Shown: positions 40,157 through 49,069 of the stretch, one piece after another
Position numbering within the stretch: position 1 is the first letter of the stretch
Layout: the number at the start of each line of letters is the position of its first letter
From: Leptospira biflexa
Lineage (GTDB): Bacteria > Spirochaetota > Leptospiria > Turneriellales > DYLW01
DNA: 64,000 nucleotides
NCBI GenBank assembly: GCA_020720785.1
Contig: DYOA01000001.1
Location: 195-64,194 of the forward strand
Reading direction: 5' to 3'
Position numbers and translations under genes: made by a program
The notes under the pieces: model-generated
What the model saw: only the letters and a program-made list of their open reading frames with translations
Told to the model about the DNA's origin: nothing
The model's database searches: none

Positions 40157-42916
40157 TTATAACAGAGTTCCGTTTTTGTCCACAGCTTTTTCAATGGAGA
40201 TCACTTCCAATTCCCTTTTTTCTCCCCCCATTTCAAAAACAGCAGTCTCAGAAGGCTTATGTCCCAGGAGTGCCCTGCCCAGAGGGGATTTATACGATAT
40301 GATACCTTTATCCACATCGGCATCGTACTGGTCCATGACGGTATAGGAAAAAATATCCCCGGTGGTCTTATCATTGAGACGAACCCGGCATCCCGGATTT
40401 ACTCTTTCCAAATCGATATTATCGGAAGTGATGACCCGAATTTTTTTAATCTGGTCTTCGAGTTTGGTTACGGTTGCCTGCAGGATGGTCTGTCGCTCCA
40501 GTGCGGCCTTATATTCTGCGTTTTCCCGGAGGTCTCCTTTTTCCTGGGCAAACCCGATTTCCCGGGAGTTATCCGGGATTTCCACCTTCACCAGGTGATC
40601 CAGTTCTTTTTTGAGAGATGTGATTCCGTTGGTACTGGCAAAGGTAAGACCCTTTTTCTCTGTTTCTTCCAGAAAATCAGCGGATGCTTCTTTTCCGGAA
40701 TCCCCATCCATGGAATTTTCAAAATGATCAGAGAATTGTTCCCGCAGCCATCCGGAGAATTTCTCTTTTTCACTGTCAGAGAGATAGGGAACATCGGACA
40801 TCAAACCCAGAAATTTTCTGGCTTGCCCGGCTGAATTTTCCTGTAGTACCCGTAAAAATTCTTTGCTTCCAGGACCTGTGATAAAATCTCGTGCTGCATT
40901 TTTTAATTTGGTACCTTTCTTTTCCACTTTGGCTATTGTCTTCAGCAACCGGAAGTAGGTAATAAGAAGTTCTTCCTTTTCAGCAGAATCCACTTTCCAG
41001 TTCTCATTGACCACATTCTTCAAAGTCCATAGGAATATTTCAATGAAATCCTTGGAGTTTTTTTTCAGCCGATGGATGAATTCCAGTATGGTGGAATTTT
41101 TTTCCTCGGTTATCAGATCATGCATCAGATATTTATGGATTTTAATGGGCATGTGGAAAAGCAATTCCAGATACACTCTTTCCCACTCTTTATAGTAGTT
41201 TTTAATCCATTTTATATGGGCTTTTTTCAGCTCCGGATTTTTCAGATTTTCATTCATCCGAGAAATTTCATCCACGGTCATGTCCTGCAACGCTATGATT
41301 AATTTATCTCTGGATTCCGGTTGGTAATATTCTTCTTCATCACTTTCATCCAATGCTTCCCGGATCATGTCCAGAATCCATACACTCTTACTGGCTTCCG
41401 CAAAATCAATGGATTTGACACTGTCTTTGAAAAACGGGATGATGTATTCCAGAGCGTCCACTCCATTTGCAGGATCTTTCAGTGCATCCACGGTGGCGTT
41501 TATTCTGTCATCAAAGGAGGAGGCTCCCTGAAATTTTTCAATAATCCGGTCAGAAAAGGTGATGGGGGTATCATAAAGTTCCAGAGTATCCTTTTTTTGC
41601 GGAGAAATTCCAATAAGGTCGTCCTGCAAAAGTTCCGGTCTGGCTTTTGCCCACCATTTGGACCAATCTTCAGTGGAAACATATTTGTCGCAGAGCTCGG
41701 ACTTGATTTCACCCAGAGAGATGGAATTGGAGAAGGATGCTATTAAAATCTTGAAGAATTGAACCCTGTCCTCCTCAAAAATCTTCTTCAACTCATCCGG
41801 TTTTTCATACTGATAAACCCAGAAGTGGTTTTCTTTCAGAGGTTTGAGAGACTTCAATGCCATCTGGATATCCATTTTGTGGGTTTTTTTATCGGAAAAA
41901 TCTATAACGGTGTCACTGGTATTCAGTTCGGTGATTTTCCCCACGCCCCAGGAGCGGTGGAATACATAATTTCCTTTATCAAATACAATATTGGTTTCAA
42001 AGCTCTGGATGGCGTTGCGTATATTTTTTTTATTGGACATCAATCCGGCGTATTTAATAAAATCATCCAGAAGCGAGTGGTCCTTGTATTTAATTTTATA
42101 TGCTTTGATCAGCTCGTTTTTAAATCTGGTATAATTGGGATTATATTCCAATACTTTTTTACTCAGAAAAATTATGTTTTCAATATCATCATTCTTAATA
42201 TAGACATAAGCAAGCTGGACATATAGATCGGCCAGGATTTCTTTCTGGCGGTGTCCGCTCAGAATACGCTCAATCTTCCGGAAAAAAGAAAAATCTTCCG
42301 GAATCAACTCAACAAGTTTGTTCCATACATTCCGCAATTTTTCAATCTGGACATTCTTTGCGTAGATTTCCACTGCCTGTTTATAAAATGTTACCGCTTT
42401 ATCCAGATCTTCATTGATGATGGCGTCTGCATATTTGAGTGCAATGTCCGGATTTTTTCTGTCCAGAGTAGCCAGTTTTTCCAGGACAGGGATCAATTCC
42501 TTATTTTTTCCCAGCTTTTCCAGTGCCAGGGCTTTGGCACGGATAATGGTGCGGTATTCTGTTACCGCCAGCATTTTATCCGCCAGATAATCCACAACCG
42601 CCCATTTGGAGGCATCCTGGAACTGGTCCAGAAGATGTTTCAGATGATAGGAATCGTCCGGGCGGTTCTGCTCCAGGGCAACCATACCCAGAAAGTAGCG
42701 GGCAGCCACGGAGGGCTCGTATTCCATGATGTGGTTTTTGGATTCATTAATCAGAAAATCAAAATTATCCGAGTTTCTGGATTCCTGAATAATTTCATCA
42801 AGAAGCTTAAATCTGGATATACTGATGTCTTTAGCGGAAATTCTGGTCCACTTTTCTTCATTGAACTGATTTTGTATCCTGGTTTCTATCTGCGTTGGTA
42901 ACGTGGTCTGCTCCAT
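40157..42916 (-). CDS. greA: Giant GreA-family transcription elongation factor (919 aa): TPR-like N-region, CarD/TRCF-RID-like segment, C-terminal GreA
   Basis: The last ~150 aa carry GreA signatures (GDLRENAEYKAALERQ; ISYKSPLGRALLGHK). GNYVFHRSWGVGKITEL resembles the CarD/TRCF RNAP-interacting motif. Confidence 0.75.
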   Translation of the reverse strand: MEQTTLPTQIETRIQNQFNEEKWTRISAKDISISRFKLLDEIIQESRNSDNFDFLINESKNHIMEYEPSVAARYFLGMVALEQNRPDDSYHLKHLLDQFQDASKWAVVDYLADKMLAVTEYRTIIRAKALALEKLGKNKELIPVLEKLATLDRKNPDIALKYADAIINEDLDKAVTFYKQAVEIYAKNVQIEKLRNVWNKLVELIPEDFSFFRKIERILSGHRQKEILADLYVQLAYVYIKNDDIENIIFLSKKVLEYNPNYTRFKNELIKAYKIKYKDHSLLDDFIKYAGLMSNKKNIRNAIQSFETNIVFDKGNYVFHRSWGVGKITELNTSDTVIDFSDKKTHKMDIQMALKSLKPLKENHFWVYQYEKPDELKKIFEEDRVQFFKILIASFSNSISLGEIKSELCDKYVSTEDWSKWWAKARPELLQDDLIGISPQKKDTLELYDTPITFSDRIIEKFQGASSFDDRINATVDALKDPANGVDALEYIIPFFKDSVKSIDFAEASKSVWILDMIREALDESDEEEYYQPESRDKLIIALQDMTVDEISRMNENLKNPELKKAHIKWIKNYYKEWERVYLELLFHMPIKIHKYLMHDLITEEKNSTILEFIHRLKKNSKDFIEIFLWTLKNVVNENWKVDSAEKEELLITYFRLLKTIAKVEKKGTKLKNAARDFITGPGSKEFLRVLQENSAGQARKFLGLMSDVPYLSDSEKEKFSGWLREQFSDHFENSMDGDSGKEASADFLEETEKKGLTFASTNGITSLKKELDHLVKVEIPDNSREIGFAQEKGDLRENAEYKAALERQTILQATVTKLEDQIKKIRVITSDNIDLERVNPGCRVRLNDKTTGDIFSYTVMDQYDADVDKGIISYKSPLGRALLGHKPSETAVFEMGGEKRELEVISIEKAVDKNGTLL

Positions 42917-43064
42917 GATTCCTCTTCCCTTTTTTTATTCCCGTGAACGTTAGTTGATTCCATATTTCCGGTAAAAGTATTATTCTTCGAGTTAGTGTTA
43001 CAAGGAATTAAAAAAAAGTCGCACCGTCAATCAATATTTGGGCTGAGGATAAGAAAGTGATGCT

Positions 43065-43589
43065 TTACGGTATCTCCGGAGCGAACATTTTCCGGGCGGT
43101 TTTGGGGGCAAGAAACCAGTGCAATTCTCCCTTCGCTTCCTCCATTTCTTTCCATTTATCCACGGAAAGGGCAATCAGGGCAGTCCCTGCCGTGGGGAAT
43201 TTCACGGAAAGAAACGAGCCGGTAAGAAGATCCTCCAGAAAGGATTCCATGGCAGGATTGTGGCCCACAAGAAACACCGTTTCCAGGGAATTATGCAGTT
43301 TTTTCAAAGTATCCCGGAAGGACTGGATATTGCCCGGATAAAATGCATCTATTTTTTTTAATTCCACATCGGCTGGCTTATAAGCTTTCTGGATGGCCAC
43401 TGCTGTATCCAAAGCCCGGATAGCAGGGGAGGTCAGAATTATGTCAGGCCGGACATCGGCATTTTTCAGAAGTTCTCCCATAAACGGGGCGTCTTTCTGG
43501 CCTCTTTTATTGAGAGGACGCTCAAAATCCTCCCGTCTTTCATCTCCCCAGTCCGATTTAGCATGCCGGATCATGATAACCCGCTTCAT
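43065..43589 (-). CDS. sixA: Histidine phosphatase superfamily protein (SixA-like)
   Basis: RHAKS catalytic start (VIMIRHAKSDW) and GHNP motif, 174 aa. Overlaps the argC stop by 4 nt. Confidence 0.7.
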   Translation of the reverse strand: MKRVIMIRHAKSDWGDERREDFERPLNKRGQKDAPFMGELLKNADVRPDIILTSPAIRALDTAVAIQKAYKPADVELKKIDAFYPGNIQSFRDTLKKLHNSLETVFLVGHNPAMESFLEDLLTGSFLSVKFPTAGTALIALSVDKWKEMEEAKGELHWFLAPKTARKMFAPEIP

Positions 43590-44626
43590 AGTAGTCCCAT
43601 GGTTTCCGGAGCACCCATCATAATATTCATATTTTGTACCGCACTGCCGGCGGCACCTTTGCGAAGATTGTCCACTACGCTCAGGAGAATAAAAACTCCG
43701 GCATGGACGTCCAGATGCAGGGAGAAATCCGCAAAATTGGTATTCTGCACATTCTTTAACTGCAGATCGTTGGGGTTATCATAAAACCGCACAAAGGGTT
43801 CCTTGTCCAGATATGCCTTCACTGTATTTTTTATTTTGCTCATGTCCACGGCCGGCAGGGATTTGGGTTTCATATAAGCAACGGTATAAATTCCCCGGAA
43901 CACCGGAAGCAGGTGCGGGGTGAATCGCACTTTAAAGCGGCTTCCGGACAGGTTGTTGATTTCCTGCTCCATTTCCGGCTGGTGCTGGTGGGCTTCAATC
44001 CGGTATGCCCGGAAATTTTCGTATACGGTGGAATACCCCAAACTGTCCTTTTCTTTCCTTCCACCGGCTCCGCTGGTTCCGGATTTGGAATCAATGATGA
44101 TGCTTTCTTCAAATAATTCCAGAAAATCCCGCAAAAAATAAAAGGGCAATAAAACAGAGGAAGGGTAGCAACCGGGGTTGGCAATCAGGGATGCGTTCTT
44201 TATCTGTTCCCGGTATTTTTCTGTGAGCCCATAAATGGCGGAATCCATGAGCGGAAAAGCTGTATGCTCCATTCCGTAAAATTTTTCCCAGACGGCTTTG
44301 TCTTTAAGGCGGAAGGCACCGGATATATCAATTACTTTCACTCCGGTACCGTGCAGTGCGTTTGCCCAGTACATGGAAACATTGTCCGGAGTGGCCAGAA
44401 ATACAAAATCCATGGATTTTAACGACTCAGAATTCTCCGGGTGGTTTTCAAATACCAGATGCTTTATTTCCCCCACCGCAAGGGCAGGGAAAATTTCCAG
44501 AAGGGTTTTTCCGGCATATTCATTGGATGTAATTTTCCGTAAGCGGACATCTGGGCGGGACGCAAGTATCCGGATTAACTCCTGGCCGGTAAACCCTCCC
44601 GCTCCGATAATGGCAATGTTCTTCAT
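43586..44626 (-). CDS. argC: N-acetyl-gamma-glutamyl-phosphate reductase
   Basis: NAD fold IAIIGAGGFTGQEL and active-site ANPGCYPSS. Confidence 0.92.
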   Translation of the reverse strand: MKNIAIIGAGGFTGQELIRILASRPDVRLRKITSNEYAGKTLLEIFPALAVGEIKHLVFENHPENSESLKSMDFVFLATPDNVSMYWANALHGTGVKVIDISGAFRLKDKAVWEKFYGMEHTAFPLMDSAIYGLTEKYREQIKNASLIANPGCYPSSVLLPFYFLRDFLELFEESIIIDSKSGTSGAGGRKEKDSLGYSTVYENFRAYRIEAHQHQPEMEQEINNLSGSRFKVRFTPHLLPVFRGIYTVAYMKPKSLPAVDMSKIKNTVKAYLDKEPFVRFYDNPNDLQLKNVQNTNFADFSLHLDVHAGVFILLSVVDNLRKGAAGSAVQNMNIMMGAPETMGLL

Positions 44627-45489
44627 TAATTTTCAGGCAGGGTGGAGATGCACTTAATGACCACATCTTCCAGAGGTTTGTTGTTAGAGGAATTGGTTTT
44701 CACTTTTTCGATGGCGTTCACAATCTCCCGGCCTTTCAGTACTTTCCCAAAAACCGTATGCTTGCCGTTCAGAAAGGAATTATCGGCGGTGTTGATAAAA
44801 AACTGGCTCCCGTTTGTGTTGGGACCGGCATTGGCCATGGAAAGGGTGTATTTCTCATTGGAAAAGGATTTCAGCGAGGAATTGTATGTATACCCCGTTT
44901 CTGTTAAAAACTCTTTCACGGAAATATCTATAATTTTTTTATACTCTGCATCCAGAAGAGGCCGCTTTTCTTCCAAGTCTTCCTGGGATTTGATATTCAG
45001 ACGGTTGAATAATATCATCCGGATGTGGCTGTCCTGCATATAGCTCTGGGCTTCCGAGAGTTTCAGCTTGTCCAGACCAAAGTCATCGGCATTAATTTCA
45101 TCCTCAAACTGGTAACCCGGCCCTCCGGTACCGTTGCCCAGAATATCCCCACCCTGTATCATAAAGCCGGGAATAATGCGATGGAATATCACATTATCGT
45201 AATAGGGCTTTTTTTCCTTTTTCCCGCTCCGGGAATCAGTGAACTCACGGGTGCCCGTTGCCAGTCCGATGAAATTTTCCACCGTTTTGGGGGCCGCTTC
45301 GCGATAAAGTTCCGCTATAATGGTTCCATGATTAGTTTCAATGGACACAAACGGATTTTTTTCATTCTGGGGTTTTTCTTCTAATTGATTCATAATTTCC
45401 TTTTTGGAGGGGGTTCCTTTTTTGCACGCATACAGGAAACCCATCGTGAATGCCAGGGAAAGCCCAATGGCTATTCCCCGGACATACAT
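44626..45489 (-). CDS. Cyclophilin-type peptidyl-prolyl isomerase, lipoprotein, with internal insertion
   Basis: FHRIIPGFMIQGGD and MANAGPNTNGSQFFI blocks. Lipobox FLYAC. Met 45489 is chosen because a hairpin/terminator lies in the track's N-terminal extension. Confidence 0.85.
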   Translation of the reverse strand: MYVRGIAIGLSLAFTMGFLYACKKGTPSKKEIMNQLEEKPQNEKNPFVSIETNHGTIIAELYREAAPKTVENFIGLATGTREFTDSRSGKKEKKPYYDNVIFHRIIPGFMIQGGDILGNGTGGPGYQFEDEINADDFGLDKLKLSEAQSYMQDSHIRMILFNRLNIKSQEDLEEKRPLLDAEYKKIIDISVKEFLTETGYTYNSSLKSFSNEKYTLSMANAGPNTNGSQFFINTADNSFLNGKHTVFGKVLKGREIVNAIEKVKTNSSNNKPLEDVVIKCISTLPEN

Positions 45490-45519
45490 TTTTTTAATTG
45501 TTAATATTCGCATAAGCAT

Positions 45520-45551
45520 TAAAAGAAGTATAAGCTTTCGCTTATACTTCT
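45520..45551 (-). terminator. Hairpin/terminator overlapping the sdhB stop codon
   Basis: Minus strand reads AGAAGTATAAGC-gaaa-GCTTATACTTCT (12-bp perfect stem, GNRA-like loop) followed by TTTAAT. The short U-tract suggests partial termination. Confidence 0.5.
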
Positions 45552-46288
45552 GATCCAAATGTTGCCGCAATATACTCCCTGTTCATGCGGGCTATGTGAG
45601 AAATGGACACCCCTTTGGGGCATTCCGCTTCACAGGCATAGGTGTTGGTACAGTTACCAAATCCATGCTCCTTCATTGCGTCCAGCATATTCAGCACGCG
45701 ACGGGCTTTTTCCGGCTTCCCCTGGGGCAACAGTGCCAGATGAGAAACCTTTGCGGATACGAAAAGCATGGCGGACGCGTTTTTGCAGGCCGCAACACAG
45801 GCTCCGCATCCAATACATTCTGCTGCGTCCATGGCCGGCTCAGCAATGTCCTTTCCAATCAGAATGGAATTGGCATCCGGTGCCGATCCGATTTTCTGGG
45901 TGATGTATCCTCCGGCATGGAGAATTTTGTCATAGGCGGTTCTGTCCACGATGAGATCCCGAACAATGGGAAATCCTTTCGCTCTCCATGGTTCCACCAC
46001 GATGGTATCCCCGTCTTTAAAAACCCGCATGTGGAGCTGGCAGGTGGTTCCTTTGACCGGGCCGTGGGCTCTTCCGTTAATGTATAAACCACAGGCTCCG
46101 CAGATTCCCTCCCGGCAGTCGTGATCAAACGCTACGGGCTCTTTTCCATTTTTTATTAACTGCTCATTCAAAACATCCAGCATTTCCAGAAAGGACATGT
46201 GAGAGTTAACATTATCCAATTTGTATGTCTCAAAGTTTCCTCTGGACTGTGCGTTTTTCTGTCTCCAGACTTTTAATGTTATTTCCAT
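45542..46288 (-). CDS. sdhB: Succinate dehydrogenase/fumarate reductase iron-sulfur subunit
   Basis: Three Cys clusters: [33 protein letters not shown]. Confidence 0.92.
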   Translation of the reverse strand: MEITLKVWRQKNAQSRGNFETYKLDNVNSHMSFLEMLDVLNEQLIKNGKEPVAFDHDCREGICGACGLYINGRAHGPVKGTTCQLHMRVFKDGDTIVVEPWRAKGFPIVRDLIVDRTAYDKILHAGGYITQKIGSAPDANSILIGKDIAEPAMDAAECIGCGACVAACKNASAMLFVSAKVSHLALLPQGKPEKARRVLNMLDAMKEHGFGNCTNTYACEAECPKGVSISHIARMNREYIAATFGSEV

Positions 46289-46299
46289 GGCTTCCTCTT

Positions 46300-48210
46300 T
46301 TACTTGTAGCTTCTTTGCGTTAGCTTCACGTTTTCAAACTTCAGCTCCTCTTTATGAAGCTGCTCATCTGCGTTTTCGCCTTTGTATTCCCACGCGGCAA
46401 CATAGGCAAAATTAACATCGTCTCTTTTTGCTTCGCCTTCTTCTGTCTGGTGTTCAGCACGGAAGTGACCGCCACAACTTTCTTCTCTGTGGAGAGCGTC
46501 TTTTGCCATCAGTGCACCCAGCTCGATAAAATCGGAAAGTCTCCATGTTTTCTCAAAATACTGGTTCAGCTCATTGGGGGAACCGGGGATTTTAATATTC
46601 TTCCAGAAATCTTCTTTCATTGCGTTGAGATCGGAAATTGCACTTTCCAGACCTTTTTTGTCCCTGGCCATTCCCACTTTGTTCCACATGATCTTGTACA
46701 GATCCCGGTTGTAATCTTCCGATGTTTTGGTTCCCTTTACAGAGAACATCCGCTGGATACGGTCATTGACTTCTTTTTCTGTAGCATCAAAAGAACCATG
46801 CTTGGTATCCACTTTCTCAAACCCAAGGCCGGCCAGATATCCGCCGATGGTATAAGGAATGACAAAGTAACCATCAGCCAGACCCTGCATCAGGGCACTG
46901 GCACCCAGACGATTCGCTCCATGGTCGGAGAAATTTGCTTCCCCCAGAACAAACAGCCCAGGGATAGTACTCATCAGGTCATAATCCACCCAAAGACCGC
47001 CCATGGTATAGTGAACTGCGGGGTAAATCATCATGGGTACTTCATACGGATTCTCCGCGTTGATCATCTGGTACATGTCAAAAAGATTTCCATAACGGTT
47101 TTCTATGACACTTTTCCCCAGACGATTTATGGCATCAGCAAAATCCATATAAACGGCGGTTTTGGTCTGCCCAACGCCTCTTCCTTCGTCGCAGGCTTCC
47201 TTAATGCTACGTGCCGCAACGTCCCGGGGTACCAAGTTTCCAAAAGACGGGTATTTTCTTTCCAGAAAATAATCTCTTTCTTCTTCCGGTATTTCATTGG
47301 GACGACGGTCATCCCCCTGCTTTTTGGGTGCCCATACCCGTCCATCATTCCGGAGACTTTCGCTCATCAGAGTTAACTTGGACTGGTACTCTCCGGAAAC
47401 CGGAATACAGGTGGGGTGGATCTGGGTGAAACTGGGATTTCCAAAGAATGCTCCCTTTTTATATGCTTTCCATGCCGCCGATCCGTTGGACCCCTTTGCC
47501 ATGGTGGACAGATAGAATACGTTTCCGTAACCACCGGTTGCCAGCACCACCGCATTGGCGGAAAACTTCTTGATTTCTCCGGATATCATATCCCGGACAA
47601 TGATTCCCTTTGCATGGCCGTCAATAAGTACCAGCTCCATCATTTCATGACGGTTATACATCTTCACGTTACCCGCCTGAATTTGCTTATTCAGCGATGC
47701 GTATGCACCCAACAGAAGCTGTTGGCCGGTTTGCCCTCTGGCATAAAATGTACGGGAGACCTGGGCTCCACCAAAAGAACGGTTATCCAGGGTTCCGCCG
47801 TATTCCCTTGCGAAAGGAACGCCCTGGCTCACGGACTGGTCAATAATATTATTGCTTACTTCGGCCAGACGGTAGACATTTGCTTCCCGTGCACGGTAGT
47901 CCCCACCTTTAATGGTGTCATAGAACAGACGGAATACACTGTCCCCATCATTGGGATAATTCTTTGCTGCATTGATACCGCCCTGGGCTGCAATACTGTG
48001 TGCCCGCCGGGGGCTGTCCTGGTAGCAGAATACTTTTACGTTGTATCCCAGCTCGCCCATACTGGCAGCGGCAGCGGCACCCGCTAATCCGGTTCCCACC
48101 ACAATCACCTCATACTTGCGTTTATTGGCGGCGTTAACCAGCTTTAATTCAAATTTTCTTTTCGTCCACTTTTCACTTAAAGGACCTTCAGGAATTTTTG
48201 CATCTAACAT
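46300..48210 (-). CDS. sdhA: Succinate dehydrogenase/fumarate reductase flavoprotein subunit
   Basis: FAD fold [40 protein letters not shown]. Confidence 0.95.
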   Translation of the reverse strand: MLDAKIPEGPLSEKWTKRKFELKLVNAANKRKYEVIVVGTGLAGAAAAASMGELGYNVKVFCYQDSPRRAHSIAAQGGINAAKNYPNDGDSVFRLFYDTIKGGDYRAREANVYRLAEVSNNIIDQSVSQGVPFAREYGGTLDNRSFGGAQVSRTFYARGQTGQQLLLGAYASLNKQIQAGNVKMYNRHEMMELVLIDGHAKGIIVRDMISGEIKKFSANAVVLATGGYGNVFYLSTMAKGSNGSAAWKAYKKGAFFGNPSFTQIHPTCIPVSGEYQSKLTLMSESLRNDGRVWAPKKQGDDRRPNEIPEEERDYFLERKYPSFGNLVPRDVAARSIKEACDEGRGVGQTKTAVYMDFADAINRLGKSVIENRYGNLFDMYQMINAENPYEVPMMIYPAVHYTMGGLWVDYDLMSTIPGLFVLGEANFSDHGANRLGASALMQGLADGYFVIPYTIGGYLAGLGFEKVDTKHGSFDATEKEVNDRIQRMFSVKGTKTSEDYNRDLYKIMWNKVGMARDKKGLESAISDLNAMKEDFWKNIKIPGSPNELNQYFEKTWRLSDFIELGALMAKDALHREESCGGHFRAEHQTEEGEAKRDDVNFAYVAAWEYKGENADEQLHKEELKFENVKLTQRSYK

Positions 48211-48225
48211 AATGACTCCTTGAAA

Positions 48226-48900
48226 TTAATAAAAAAAACGGAAATAGACCGGCATGGTCGCAAACCCTAACGGAACCGCTACCGAATAAATCCATCCAAA
48301 TCCCTTAATGATTGGGGTATATCTTTTGTGGTTTATCCCAAACGTCTGGAACGCACTCTGGAAACCGTGGTTCAGGTGCAACCCAAGGATCACCATGGAC
48401 AACACATAAAACAACCAGTACCATCCGCCCCATCCGCTCTGGAACGCATCCACTACAATCTGATAAATATTTTCAGATTCTTTTGTGATCCTGTACTTGA
48501 CCACAAAACTGTTAAAGTGCACCAGCAGGAATACAAGAATAAAGCTGCCCGTGAGCCCCATATTTCTTGAATTCCAGGAGCTGCTTTCTCCTGAGTTGGG
48601 AACCGCATACCGCACTGGTCTGGCCGAATAATTTTGTATGGTTAAATACAAAGATTGCAGAATGTGCAGTAGAAATCCCAACACCAGTCCGTATTCCATT
48701 ACCTTAATGAGTGGGTTTGAGGTCATAAAATGTGAATACGCATTAAACGCCGCACCCTGGTCATGTTTGAATAATGAAAAATTACCGGACAAATGCACTA
48801 ACAAGAAAGAAACTAAAAACAAACCTGTTAAACCCATCACCCATTTTTTTGCCAATGGGGATGCTATCATTCTTCCTATCCAATTCATTTTTCCATCCAT
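48226..48900 (-). CDS. sdhC: Succinate dehydrogenase cytochrome b subunit (b558-type, single anchor)
   Basis: About 5 TM helices with conserved His, directly upstream of sdhA. Start could be Met 48888. Confidence 0.8.
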   Translation of the reverse strand: MDGKMNWIGRMIASPLAKKWVMGLTGLFLVSFLLVHLSGNFSLFKHDQGAAFNAYSHFMTSNPLIKVMEYGLVLGFLLHILQSLYLTIQNYSARPVRYAVPNSGESSSWNSRNMGLTGSFILVFLLVHFNSFVVKYRITKESENIYQIVVDAFQSGWGGWYWLFYVLSMVILGLHLNHGFQSAFQTFGINHKRYTPIIKGFGWIYSVAVPLGFATMPVYFRFFY

Positions 48901-49069
48901 TTTTTGTTATTTACGGAATCAACATTGAAATGAGCAATCTGGTGACAAGAAAAAAACGGATAAAAATTTGCGGACAAAAGCAAATACCATGGGGTCAGAT
49001 TTTCTGTCGGGAAAATCCGGTAAAATAAAAAATTTCTTGCCGTTTCCATTAAATTGGGAATTCTGGTCT

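Noticed and set aside
46354-47376. 340-aa plus-strand ORF opposite sdhA. Further shadow ORFs are at 22883-23593, 23618-24229, 25953-26831, 26943-27605, 40259-40834, 42251-42901, 49169-49954 and 59554-60102.
   Set aside because: Same reasoning: they are antisense to strongly supported genes and have no motifs.
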